From Eledone cirrhosa (lineage: Eukaryota), in contig OZ024743.1 of the NCBI GenBank assembly GCA_964016885.1, forward strand, positions 166,594,001-166,658,000: DNA of 64,000 nucleotides, given 5' to 3'. The notes under the pieces are model-generated. The model was not told the origin of the DNA and searched no databases. It saw only the letters and a program-made list of their open reading frames with translations. Positions 1 to 11,294 of the stretch are shown one piece after another. The position numbers were made by a program, and so were the translations under genes. How positions within the stretch are numbered: position 1 is the stretch's first letter; each line of letters starts with the position of its first letter.

Positions 1-251
1 TATTTTAGTGTGGGTGTTATTATCCGGTTTAGGCAGGTTTGAACAAAAGGGGAAATAATTTCGACCGGTTTTGAACACTAAAGGGTTACGGCCATATTCC
101 TTGCTAAAGCAAGGGTTATCCTTACATGGGAGCCATTTTGAAACAAAGTTTTATAGCTGGATGCCCTTCCCGGCATCATCCCTTTCATTTGCCTCATACA
201 ACATACAGTAATGAATGAATAACAGAATAAGAAATAGAATAATTTACTCAC

Positions 252-330
252 AAGGTCTAATTTATCTTTAGCCAACAACTTCACATATGCTCCTCCACAT
301 TCAATACCATTCTGAAATTTAACTTCATAC
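252..330 (-). CDS. CANX: Calnexin coding exon 6 (QYEVKFQNGIECGGAYVKLLAKDKLDL); gene continues off the left edge
   Basis: Calreticulin/calnexin family signature QYEV.FQ.GI.CGGAYVKLL; AG acceptor, GTGAGT donor, 79 nt, phase 2 to 0. Confidence 0.96.
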
Positions 331-1522
331 CTTTCAAAAGAAAGAGAAAGCAAATATTAGATGAAACATTTTATTGGTTTATATTCTATTTTATTAGCTG
401 AAAATAATTTATCTAGTTTACTTCAATAAAGGAGAATCAAAATAAAATTTAGAAAAAGAATTAAAAAGCCCCAAAAAAAAAAAAAAGTTACATCTCTGTT
501 GTTACAGCTCACACCTTTGGTCACCTATCTCAGAGGAAGTTTCTTAGGTGTTTTAATGATAAGGACCCCTATCCTATCATGAAAAGCATGAAATGAAACA
601 TCTTGCTAAAAAATGGAATGTGCTACCCGATCCAAGAATCAAACCCACAACCATGAGTTCGACAGCCTAACCACTAGACCACATGCTTTCACACCACCTT
701 TAGAAAAGAACTATGATCAAATTTTAACTAGACAAAATTTTTGCAATTAATTGGAGGCTGTGTACAAGTTTGGCTTCTAAAATCTTTTTGATATGGCTAA
801 AACCAGCTTTCATTCTATGAAACAAAACTCCACTATTTTAAAGGGTTCCTATTTAAATTGAAATCCTCTTACATAATTTCATATAAGAACCATATATTAA
901 GTTACTATCTTGGTAATGAAATAATAAATCATTTTAGTAAAAACCTCAAAATTCTTCATTAATTAATTGAAAGAGAGTGTATTTCATTAGAAACATGGTT
1001 ATGAAAAGGTTAGCTCCCTCCCCATCTTGTTCAACATGCAATTTTCCAGAGTGTCATAGTGTGCAATAGATCAATATGTCAGCTTGTAGAAACAGGTTGC
1101 ATTGTAGGTCAGTAGAGAAAATAACAAGTTAATAAATATCTTCCCATTAACAGTCATTCTATCCTACATTCCATAAGCAGGATAGGGAAATTGTATAGTT
1201 CTTTAGATAAGTATCTTCTACTATAGTTTCAGGTTAACCAATACCTAGTGAGTGAATTTGAAAGACTGAAACAAACTATATACTGTGTTTGTGTTTACAT
1301 TTACACTGCATAACAAAGTGTTGTTTGTTGTCTTGCATTTAACAATGATGATGATGATTTAGCGATTTTGCAAATAAGGTGCAATGAAATAAGGATTGAT
1401 CAACCAATCGCACAAAAGCAGTGCCCTAGCAGGCATATAGTCAATGACTGAAACCGGTAAAATGATAAAAGAATATAAAAACAAATGAATAAAAATAATT
1501 TTCTCAGAAGTTACACATAAAC

Positions 1523-1760
1523 ATAACCTTTTGATAACAGCCCGGTCAAAACTGCCTCAAGTTCAAAAAACAAAACAACCAAGTTTAAAGGGTTCCTATT
1601 CAAATTAAAACTGTCCAATATAATTTTATATAAAAACCTTTTGTTAACTTATGATACAAATACTATCATAATAATGAAATAGTTTTAGTAAATCTTTTTA
1701 AATTTTTCATTAATTAAATGGAATACAGTGTATTACAAATATGGTAATGAAAGGTTTAAT
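1523..1760. mobile_element. Degenerate piggyBac-like MITE (related AT-rich copies near 790-1012, 8040-8210, 48410-48656)
   Basis: Ends resemble TAACCTTT...AAAGG(G)TTAA; shared internal sequence (aagggttcctatt, aattaaa, ttttagtaaa) across copies. Confidence 0.45.
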
Positions 1761-1781
1761 AAAAAACAAAAATATACTTAC

Positions 1782-1858
1782 TGTATAATAAAAGTTTTAC
1801 CAACAAATTCATAGGGCTTTTGTAATTTACATGATATGGCATGATGCTTGGCTTTCGA
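1782..1858 (-). CDS. CANX: Calnexin coding exon 5 (SKAKHHAISCKLQKPYEFVGKTFIIQ)
   Basis: TTTCAG acceptor, GTAAGT donor, 77 nt, phase 0 to 2; S.AKHHAIS motif. Confidence 0.95.
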
Positions 1859-1878
1859 CTGAAATCATAAACAATTAA

Positions 1879-2414
1879 CTACTGATATACTCGTATATAA
1901 GCCGAGAAATATGTGACAAAAAAACAACAACAAAAAACACGATTGTAAAATGGTGTGTGTGTGGAGAGGGGCAGTAGTAGCTTATGTTCAAAGTCAATAT
2001 TCTGCTGATTTTCACCAAATTCAATGTTCAACATAAATATATTTCCTTTGGAGGTAAATATTACACCAGTTTCACTTTCAACATGAAATTCATATTCCCT
2101 ACTATCAGGAACTGGTAAAAAAATTATTATGTAATCAAGTTGTGAAACAAAAACTATACTCTATATGACACTCAAAACATTTCCTTCTTCTTCACCACTT
2201 ATTCTTGGGAGGGTCATATCCCAAGACCCCAAAGCGGGTTCAAAAACATTAACACATTTTAAATATCAAAATATTAAAACTTCATATTCTCCACTCATGA
2301 GAATTTCAAAACTGCACCATCTAAACAGGTGTTGATTACCTGCCTTGGGGTTGAAATTTTGCCTATTTCTCAAGACATAAAACGGGATTGGTTTATATTT
2401 GAGTATATATAGTA
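1879..2414. mobile_element. Degenerate Tc1/mariner-pogo-like MITE (inverted partial homolog at 8212-8680)
   Basis: Imperfect TIRs TACTG(T)ATATACTCGTATATAAGCC / GGTTTATATTTGAGTATATATAGTA with TA ends; internal sequence recurs inverted at 8212-8680. Confidence 0.55.
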
Positions 2415-2849
2415 CTTCTTACTCACCAACACAAACACACACAAGAAAAATTCACGTAATAAGAGAATAAAGAAAATGAAAGAATGAGCTTAAGAAAGTA
2501 ACTAAAACAGTGGAAGCTGATCACATCTGCAGGGTATTTGTCTACTAGTTCAACTACCAATATATAGTACTAGTCTAAGGAGGGCATATCGGAATAACAT
2601 TTTCAAAATGTTGGCAATTATCAGATCAAAGTGAGAATAACAATTTCCAAGTAATTACATATCACTTCAAAGTGAGAATAATGATTTCATAATTAGATCA
2701 TATCACTTAAACTTGATTTAATTAGCAAAGAATTCATAACATACCTTCTCATAGAAAAAAATGTAGCAGTGAAGATTTTATCAGTTAGAAAATACATTAT
2801 AAATAAAACAAAATGGAAAGATCAATCTTTTTTTTAATCATAATCAAAA

Positions 2850-4082
2850 TAGTGAGACAACTACAAGCGAGGTTCTTAGAGAAGAATAAGCCACTATATT
2901 TAGCTTTTGTTAACCTAGAGGAGGCCTTTGATAGAGTACCCCGATCTGTCATCTAGTGGCCCCTAAGGAAACTAGATGCAGAGGTATGGCTTGTGAGGAC
3001 AGTGCAAGCTATGTACAGAGGAGCTATCAGTAAAATGAGAGTAGGAAAAGAGTTTAGTGAGGAATTCCAGATACAAGTAGGAGTTCATCAGGGTTTGATC
3101 CTCAGCCCACTCTTATTCATTATAGTTCCCCAAGCCATAACAGAGGCATTTAAGACTGGCTGCTCATTATGCTGACGATCTGGTACTTATAGCAGAATCA
3201 GTAAAAGAGCTAGAGAATAAATTCTGGCTGTGGAAACAGCAGTTGGAATTAAGAGGACTGAGAGTGAACCTAGCTAAGACAAAGTGTTGATAAGTAGGGA
3301 AGAGGACAAAACATCAGGGAAATGGCCATGTTTTATATGTAGAAAAGGAGTTGGCATAAACTCTATAGAATGTACACAATGCAGATATTGGGTACAACAG
3401 AGGTGTAGTGGGATAGCAGGCAAACTGACAGGAAAGGAAAACTTCCTATGCAATAGATGTTCAAGGAAAATTTATAGTAGAAGTGTCATTGATCGTCACA
3501 TTTTTCAAATGCAGGTAGCATCTATAGAGGTGGTTGACAGCTTCCGATACTTAGGTGATCAGATTAGCAAGGGAGGAAGATGCTCCAAGGCCATAGTATC
3601 TAGAATAAGGACAGGATGGAAGAAGTTTAAGGAGCAGTTTCTTCCTACGAATGAAAGATAGTTATATGCCTGTTTGTGCAATGCTGCATGGTAGTGAGAC
3701 ATGGACATCAACTGCAGAGAAATGAAGCAAGCATGCTCCGATGGATGTGCAATGTCAATGTGCGTGAACAACCAAGCATAGACGAGTTGAGAGTGAAACT
3801 GTGTATAAGAGGGATAAGCTGTAGTGTGTGGGAGAGAAGACTGCGTCGTTATGGCCATGTGATGCGCATGGATGATGACCGCTGGGTGAAGAAATGCCAA
3901 GAAATCCTGGTGAAAGGAAGACGCAGTAGAGGAAGACCACGAAAAACACGGGCAGAGGTGGTGAGAGCTGACCTCAGATCACTGAAGCTCACAGAGGAGA
4001 TGACGAGGCACCGTGATTTCCCAGCTGAATAGGACCCGTCCCACCCTTGCAAGCAGGGAAAAGCAAATGTAAAATGAGGATA
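2850..4082 (+). mobile_element. RTE-type LINE 3' fragment (RT with PHD-like finger), decayed
   Basis: GVHQG..LSPLLF, YADD, WPC..C..C..C...(H)..C motif, RYLG, LR.YGHV.RM, GRPRKT; ends in the family 3' tail. Confidence 0.9.
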
Positions 4083-4583
4083 ATGACAATAGTTTGTTTT
4101 CTCTCTGATGAAGTATGCAGCTTCTAAAATATTTTTATGCATAATGCAACATCTAATTAATTGCTTATTCTTTGAACAGTGTTTTTGTAATACCTAGACA
4201 AACAGCAACAAGTGGATATTGAAAAAAAAAAAAAAAACACAAATGTATAATGTTGCTTGCAGTCAGCTCATTTATAGTTATAATCATGAATAGGAATGCC
4301 ATTGCCACATGAAAAAAAAGAAAAGAAAAAGTAGATATTACAATCACACGACGAGTTTTTTGTTTCATTACTTGGCTGATATAATCACTGACATTACAAA
4401 TGATATAATGATGTTATTTCATGCTCTCTATTCATTTTTCAAAATATCCTACTCAAATCTTTTTGTGGTAATCTCATTTTGATATCGATATTCCTACTTT
4501 TAAGTCGTAAAGTCATTTTGATATCCTTAATATCACTTCAAACTGTACTGCTCTAGATATAAAAATAAAGAGAGTTGGCTTAC

Positions 4584-4648
4584 CTTTAGAATTAAACCGA
4601 GATCTCCTTTTAAAGGATTCACATCAGGTTCTTCTATACTCCACCGAC
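4584..4648 (-). CDS. CANX: Calnexin coding exon 4 (GRWSIEEPDVNPLKGDLGLILK)
   Basis: AAAG acceptor, GTAAGC donor, 65 nt, phase 1 to 0; G.W.......GD.GL motif. Confidence 0.95.
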
Positions 4649-4849
4649 CTTTAAAAAAGGAGAAAAACAAGCACTAAACAATGCCACATTGTTTAAAATA
4701 AAAACAAATAAAAAGGGCAAATAACTTGATTTTATATAATCAAAATTAACAAATTAACATCTTCAAGTAAAAATTGCTACCAGACAAAAAAAATTGATAA
4801 ATCATATATCATATATAATTGCTAGAACAGTCCACCTAGATGTAAATAA

Positions 4850-7110
4850 CTCTCATGAAGTTGAAGGCTCCAGTTACTACTCTGTTATTGACGAAGAATC
4901 CAGTCAATCATATGTTAGGGATGAGGTCACCAGTCACTTATGCTAGGGATGAGGGTGCCAACCAGTCTTGTGTTAGGGAGGAGGCCACCAGTCAGTTTTG
5001 TGTTAGGGAGGAGGCCACCAGTCAGTTTTGTGTTAGGGAGGAGGCCACCAGTCAGTTTTGTGTTAGGGAGGAGGCCACCAGTCAGTTTTGTGTTAGGGAG
5101 GAGGCCACCAGTCAGTTTTGTGTTAGGGAGGAGGCCACCAGTCAGTTTTGTGTTAGGGAGGAGGCCACCAGTCAGTTTTGTGTTAGGGAGGAGGCCACCA
5201 GTCAGTTTTGTGTTAGGGAGGAGGCCACCAGTCAGTTTTGTGTTAGGGAGGAGGCCACCAGTCAGTTTTGTGTTAGGGAGGAGGCCACCAGTCAGTTTTG
5301 TGTTAGGGAGGAGGCCACCAGTCAGTTTTGTGTTAGGGAGGAGGCCACCAGGTCAGTTTTGTGTTAGGGAGGAGGCCACCAGGTCAGTTTTGTGTTAGAG
5401 AAGAGGCAGCAGGTCAGTCTTGTGTTAGAGAAGAGGCAGCAGGTCAGTCTTGTGTTAGAGAAGAGGCCGCAGGTCAGTCTTGTGTTAGAGAAGAGGCCGC
5501 AGGTCAGTCTTGTGTTAGAGAAGAGGCCGCAGGTCAGTCTAGTGTTAGGGATGAGGGCTCGAGTCAGTCTTGTGTTAGGGATGAGGGCTCGAGTCAGTCT
5601 TGTGTTAGGGATGAGGGCTCGAGTCAGTCTTGTGTTAGGGATGAGGGCTCGAGTCAGTCTTGTGTTAGGGATGAGGGCTCGAGTCAGTCTTGTGTTAGGG
5701 ATGAGGGCTCGAGTCAGTCTTGTGTTAGGGATGAGGGCTCGAGTCAGTCTTGTGTTAGGGATGAGGGCTCGAGTCAGTCTTGTGTTAGGGATGAGGGCTC
5801 GAGTCAGTCTTGTGTTAGGGATGAGGGCTCGAGTCAGTCTTGTGTTAGGGATGAGGGCTCGAGTCAGTCTTGTGTTAGGGATGAGGGCTCGAGTCAGTCT
5901 TGTGTTAGGGATGAGGGCTCGAGTCAGTCTTGTGTTAGGGATGAGGGCTCGAGTCAGTCTTGTGTTAGGGATGAGGGCTCGAGTCAGTCTTGTGTTAGGG
6001 ATGAGGGCTCGAGTCAGTCTTGTGTTAGGGATGAGGGCTCGAGTCAGTCTTGTGTTAGGGATGAGGGCTCGAGTCAGTCTTGTGTTAGGGATGAGGGCTC
6101 GAGTCAGTCTTGTGTTAGGGATGAGGGCTCGAGTCAGTCTTGTGTTAGGGATGAGGGCTCGAGTCAGTCTTGTGTTAGGGATGAGGGCTCGAGTCAGTCT
6201 TGTGTTAGGGATGAGGGCTCGAGTCAGTCTTGTGTTAGGGATGAGGGCTCGAGTCAGTCTTGTGTTAGGGATGAGGGCTCGAGTCAGTCTTGTGTTAGGG
6301 ATGAGGGCTCGAGTCAGTCTTGTGTTAGGGATGAGGGCTCGAGTCAGTCTTGTGTTAGGGATGAGGGCTCGAGTCAGTCTTGTGTTAGGGATGAGGGCTC
6401 GAGTCAGTCTTGTGTTAGGGATGAGGGCTCGAGTCAGTCTTGTGTTAGGGATGAGGGCTCGAGTCAGTCTTGTGTTAGGGATGAGGGCTCGAGTCAGTCT
6501 TGTGTTAGGGATGAGGGCTCGAGTCAGTCTTGTGTTAGGGATGAGGGCTCGAGTCAGTCTTATGTTAGGGATGAGGCTGCCAACCAGTTTATGTTAGGGG
6601 CGAGGGCTCGAGTCACTCATATGTTAGGGCAAGGTCTGCAGTCAGACATATGAGGTATGAAGACTCCAGTTAGGCTTACGTAATCAGTCATGCTTCACTG
6701 ATGATGGCTGCAGTTTGGCCTGTTACTAACAAAGGCTAAAGCCAGTCATGTGTGACTGACATTAGCTACAAATCAATCATATTTTGCTATCAAGGGCTCC
6801 ATTCAGTCATGTTTTACTGGAGAGGGCTCCATTCAGTCATATTTTACTGGAGAGGGCTTTAGCCAGTCTTGGGTGACTAACAAGGGCTCCAGTCAGTCCT
6901 GTGTTACCGATGAGGGCTCCAGTCAGTCCTGTGTTACTGACAAGGGCACCAGTCAGTCTTGTATTACTGTTAAAGGCTATGGTCAGTCTTATATTACTAA
7001 CGAGGACTTCAGTCTGTCACATTTTACCGACGAAGGCTCCAGTCCTTCCCGTGTTACTGATGAGGGCTTCAGTCAGTTCTGTGTCACTGATGAAGGATCT
7101 AGTCAGTCGC
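4850..7110. repeat. 30-bp minisatellite with homogeneous core (4981-6570) and degenerate flanks
   Basis: 12 copies of GAGGCCACCAGTCAGTTTTGTGTTAGGGAG, 2 31-bp variants, 5 AAGAGGC(A/C)GCAGG variants, then about 34 copies of ATGAGGGCTCGAGTCAGTCTTGTGTTAGGG. Confidence 0.97.
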
Positions 7111-7179
7111 TGACTACTGCAGTGGAAGGTTCAAACCCCCTCTTAATTCCATAGTTAGGTGAGGCAAGTTATATTGTTC

Positions 7180-7650
7180 ATCATCCTCATTGTTTTACAT
7201 CTGTTTTTCCATGTTAATGTTGTTTTGACAAGTTTTATCCAGCTTAAACTCCCTCCACTTGGTGCATTCCTTCGTCATCCCCTCTGTGGGATTCAGTAAG
7301 TTGAGATAACCTCTCACCACATTAACCCACATTTTAATTCGTCTTCTTCCTCTTTAACTTTCCTTCCACTGGGATCTCTTCACAGTTCTTCACTTATTGA
7401 TAATCATCTATACATATCCCATGTCCATACCAGTGCTGTCTTCTCTTCTACACACATTATCAGATTCTTTTTATGCCCATTATCATTACATATTCTTTGC
7501 AACATGCTTGACTCATGTCTGTCTAGTCTTTGCATATCTTCTGCATTTACTGCCCATGGCACACTACCATTGTACTTCACACACAGGCATCATACAACTT
7601 GCCTTTTAATCAGAGAGAAAATCTCTTTGTTAGTAGCAATAGCTGCCTGA
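7180..7650 (-). mobile_element. Old RTE LINE 3' remnant
   Basis: Reverse strand gives degenerate WYGH-like coding and a (GAT)n-type tail. Confidence 0.5.
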
Positions 7651-7913
7651 ATTATTTTTTCTTCACTGAATTTAGTTGTAATTAGAGCAGCTTTGGGACA
7701 AAAATTCTATAATTGATCTATGTTAACCTTTTAAGTTACGTTTCAAACACTACATTACCAGATCAATAAACAAAAAAGTTAATAGCAATGTTGCAATAAA
7801 CAAAAAAGTTAAAAGCAATGTTGCTATTAACTGATTGCTTTTATTGCTCATAAACACAAAACAATTACCACAGCAACAAACAGTTGAAATTTCTGTGAGA
7901 ATTCTTAACATAC

Positions 7914-7972
7914 CATCATATTTAGCAATACTTTCTTCAGCACCTTCTTTTCTGGCTTGAGAAAGGATCCAT
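7914..7972 (-). CDS. CANX: Calnexin coding exon 3 (KWILSQARKEGAEESIAKYDG)
   Basis: CCAG acceptor, GTATGT donor, 59 nt, phase 2 to 1; matches the calnexin WILS.A.K....IAKYDG motif. Confidence 0.95.
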
Positions 7973-8902
7973 CTGGAATAATTTAATAGTACTTATGAAA
8001 CTGAAAATGGCAATGGTAATTTTATGAAATTTATCTTTTTGATACAAGCTCACTTAAAACTATCTTTTGTTCAATGAAAGAAAACCACCCATTTTAAAGA
8101 ATTCTTATTTAAATTAAAAATTTCCAACATAATTTTATATAAGAACATTTTGTTATGTTACAAATACCATCAATAAAAATGTTAGTAAATTGCTCGAAAT
8201 ACTTTGACAATTACTGTATATACTCAAATATAAGAGGATTCGAATACAAGCTGACCCCTTATTTTGTAGGCAAAAATTCAAATGCCATTTATAAACTAAG
8301 ACAGTTAATCAACATATGTTTAGATGGTGCTGCTTCGAAATTTTCTTGAGTAGAAAATATATTTATGAAGTTTTAATATTTTGATATTTAAAATGTTCTA
8401 AGTGTTGTTTAGCTTATAGTTTTTGTTTCAGAACTCTATTACATAATGAATTTGTTACCAGTTCCCAACCGTTTTAGAAGCCATATTCATTCAAAATATC
8501 AAAAATAGGAAATACAAGTCTCATGTTGAAAGCGAAACCAGTGTAATATTCGCCTCCAAAGCAAAAATATCTTAACACCTCATTAAGTAAAATTTTGAAT
8601 TTGGTGAAAATCGGCAAAATATTGATGTCGAATATAAGCCAACCTCGGGTATTTTTTTTTTTTGTCATAGTTCTCGGCTGTTTAATTCAACTACAATATA
8701 GTTCATTAAAAATACTACATGAATATATGTGTGTTTGCAAGCAGGGAAAAAGCTGACGTAAAATGAAATGAAAAAAAAAATGATGTATGTATGTAAATAA
8801 ATAAATAATATATATAGTAATAATAATAAATGTGAAGACTAAAATCCAAAGAGGGCTCGATAAGGATAAATATATATCAAATATATAAGAACCCTAGAGC
8901 AA

Positions 8903-9021
8903 ATATTTATTAAAATAACAGATTAAAGTTTAAGCAAAGAATCACTGCTTTCACCCTTAACTGTTAAAGGTGAAAGCAGCGATTCTTTGCTTAAACTTTA
9001 ATCTGTTATTTTAATAAATAT
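8903..9021. repeat. Near-perfect hairpin, about 57-bp arms
   Basis: ATATTTATTAAAATAACAGATT...CCCTTAA and its reverse complement separated by a few nt; single-arm copy at about 26858-26915. Confidence 0.93.
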
Positions 9022-9070
9022 ATATGTATATGCAAAAGAAACCAAAGAACGTTTACATACTCAAACAGTC

Positions 9071-9130
9071 TTTATTTACTTACAATGTTTCATCCTACCT
9101 TTTAGCAGGAATCCTCAGAGCCTAATAAAT
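9071..9130 (-). ncRNA. Hammerhead ribozyme-like motif (type I, minimal)
   Basis: CTGAGGA-T-TCCTGC/GTAGGA-T-GAAA-CATTG-TA; stem I is imperfect. Confidence 0.55.
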
Positions 9131-9577
9131 ACAGTGTTGAGTATAAGCTCCACAAAAACCTAGTCACACGAACAATCAGAATAAAGATAGGGAAATTGGA
9201 GATGGCGAACAAAAAGGTGCATGCTGGGGTTGTTAAGCATCGCTGCTAAATGCCAGGTCAAAAGTGGATTCAACAAGATGCAGATATAATAGATGGCACA
9301 CAAAAACAAAGAATGTAAAAGCAAAAAATGCATAATAAAGTAATAAAAAATATAAAAATAATAAAGATAATAAAATATAATGAAAAATAATAAAATAAAC
9401 GATAATAAAATAATATAATAATATAATAAAATTAAAAATTAAAAAGAATTAAAAAGATTTAAAAAATAAAAAAATAAAGAAATTAAAAATGTAAATAAAA
9501 AAAAATATATATATATATGATGGCGATAAATTTGTTTTGCGAGGTTTTTGATATGAAATCGTGTGTCGAAGCAATTA

Positions 9578-10002
9578 TTGTTATACTTGGGGAGGGTCAT
9601 ATTGTAATAATATTGCCAGAAATAATAACAGAATACACTCACTGTTTGGTTGGTTTTCGCTTCTGTATCTTTTATATCTCCACAGTTAATTCATTTGGTC
9701 CTCAATGTTTATCATTGACTGACCAACGGTCAAAACACATATATATAGTCTATATAGAAAATAAAAATTGCATAGACATACAATACAGCAGGAGGAACAT
9801 AATGGTACCACTGATGATGTTGCAGATGTGCAACGAAAGAACTTTGTTAGACTATATATATGTGTTTGTATCTATATTATATCTGTATTTTTGACCGTTG
9901 GTCAGTCAATGATAAACATTGAGGAGCAAATGAATTAACTGTGTTCTGTTATTATTTCTGGCAATATTATTACAATATGACCCACCCACCCCAAGTATAA
10001 CA
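9578..10002. repeat. Fold-back repeat (arms about 9578-9751 / 9848-10002) with a hammerhead-like core in the spacer; family copies at 14940-15095 and 54730-55035
   Basis: Inverted arms with indels; spacer contains CTGATGA-T-GTTGCA/TGCAAC-GAAA. Confidence 0.7.
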
Positions 10003-10568
10003 TTATATATATATATATGTGTAGGCACCACGGAAAAAAAAGCGCCCTGCACTCACTGTAAATGAGGTTGGTGTTAGGAAGTGCATCCAGCTGTAGAAAT
10101 CAAGCCAGAATCAGTTCCTGTATGAGCAAGACAAGGTCAGCTGACCTAACATTGCCCACAACAGAACAACCTGTCTAACCCATGCTAGCGTGGAAGAACG
10201 GACGTAAAACGGTGATGATGATGATATATACATATATTTAGCTACAATAGTTATGAGCGTACTCCTTCCGTTTCTATCCAACTTCTATTTCTACATGTCT
10301 CTCTTTTCACACTTTTTAGCCCTCTCCCTCTTTATCTTTTAACCTTTCTGACTCCCTCTTTTTCTCTCCCATCTATTGCTATCCTGTAACTGATTTTCTT
10401 GCTATATATAGTCTTTAAATATGTTGTCCATTTATGTGTTTAATTCTCTCCCTCCCTTCATACTTCTATCTATCTCTTTTTGCATGTACACACACACACA
10501 CACACACACACACCTACCTATGTATATAGTACTCACATGATTAGTGCTCTCCTCGATCTCAGACTGTG

Positions 10569-10619
<51 letters not shown>

Positions 10620-10622
<3 letters not shown>

Positions 10623-11280
10623 AGGGATAACAAGTTATCGTTATAGGTAATCCAGTTAGATGTTGTGAATACTCCGTATTGTGGATAGTTTTAGCATACG
10701 CTGTTGTATGACTCAACAAGGGGTTTCTTTAGGTAGCGAGTATACGAGTTCTCGGGAATTCCTATGTAAGTTAATCTTGGAGTAATAATAGTGAAAGAGT
10801 GAAGAATAACATGGTCAACAGTACAAGAAGGGTTTTATTTACAGTATTAACAATTGTTTCATTGGTTAAGTTGTCTTAAAATTGCTAATCACTTGAAGTT
10901 GTGTCACTCAATTTTAAATACGATGTATGCTTAACCAAATCATCAGATAACTGAATAAAATATACATAGCCTTTACAAATTCAAATTACAACATCATTAA
11001 TAAAGAAAGAAAAAGAAGAAAAAAGAAAAAGATAGAGAGGAAGAAAGAAAGAAAGAAGAAAAAAGAATAAAGAAAAAGCAAAATAGAGAAAAAAATAAAA
11101 GTAGTGATAATAAGTGATAATAAATTAATAATAAATATAAATAAGTTATAGCGAAGATGATGATAAATAAATTAAAATTTTTTATATGTGTGCGAAGAAA
11201 ATGAACATAATATGATTGTTGAAAATAGTTGTGGTGTTGGTGGTTAAAATATAAAGATATGATGGTATAAACATGTAAGT
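10620..11280 (-). mobile_element. PLE-like terminal repeat carrying a hammerhead (10841-10953); homolog on + strand at about 32470-33262
   Basis: Shared terminus ...CTGGATTACCTATAACGATAACTTGTTATCCC abutting (TA)n in both copies; CTGATGA...GAAA-CAATTG-TT core. Confidence 0.7.
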
Positions 11281-11294
11281 ATTAAATATATTCA

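Noticed and set aside
78-353. 91-aa ORF as a complete gene
   Set aside because: Only 252-330 is exonic; the rest is read-through into introns.
4103-4160. Further hammerhead-like fragments (4103-4160, 14445-14510, 31440-31490, 54669-54713 minus)
   Set aside because: Each has only part of the core or lacks stems, so they are too degenerate to call, though they may be decayed copies.
4855-6653. Long repetitive ORFs (up to 430 aa) and a CRISPR-like appearance
   Set aside because: Units are contiguous with no unique spacers and no cas genes; open frames follow from a stop-free 30-bp unit lying antisense in an intron.
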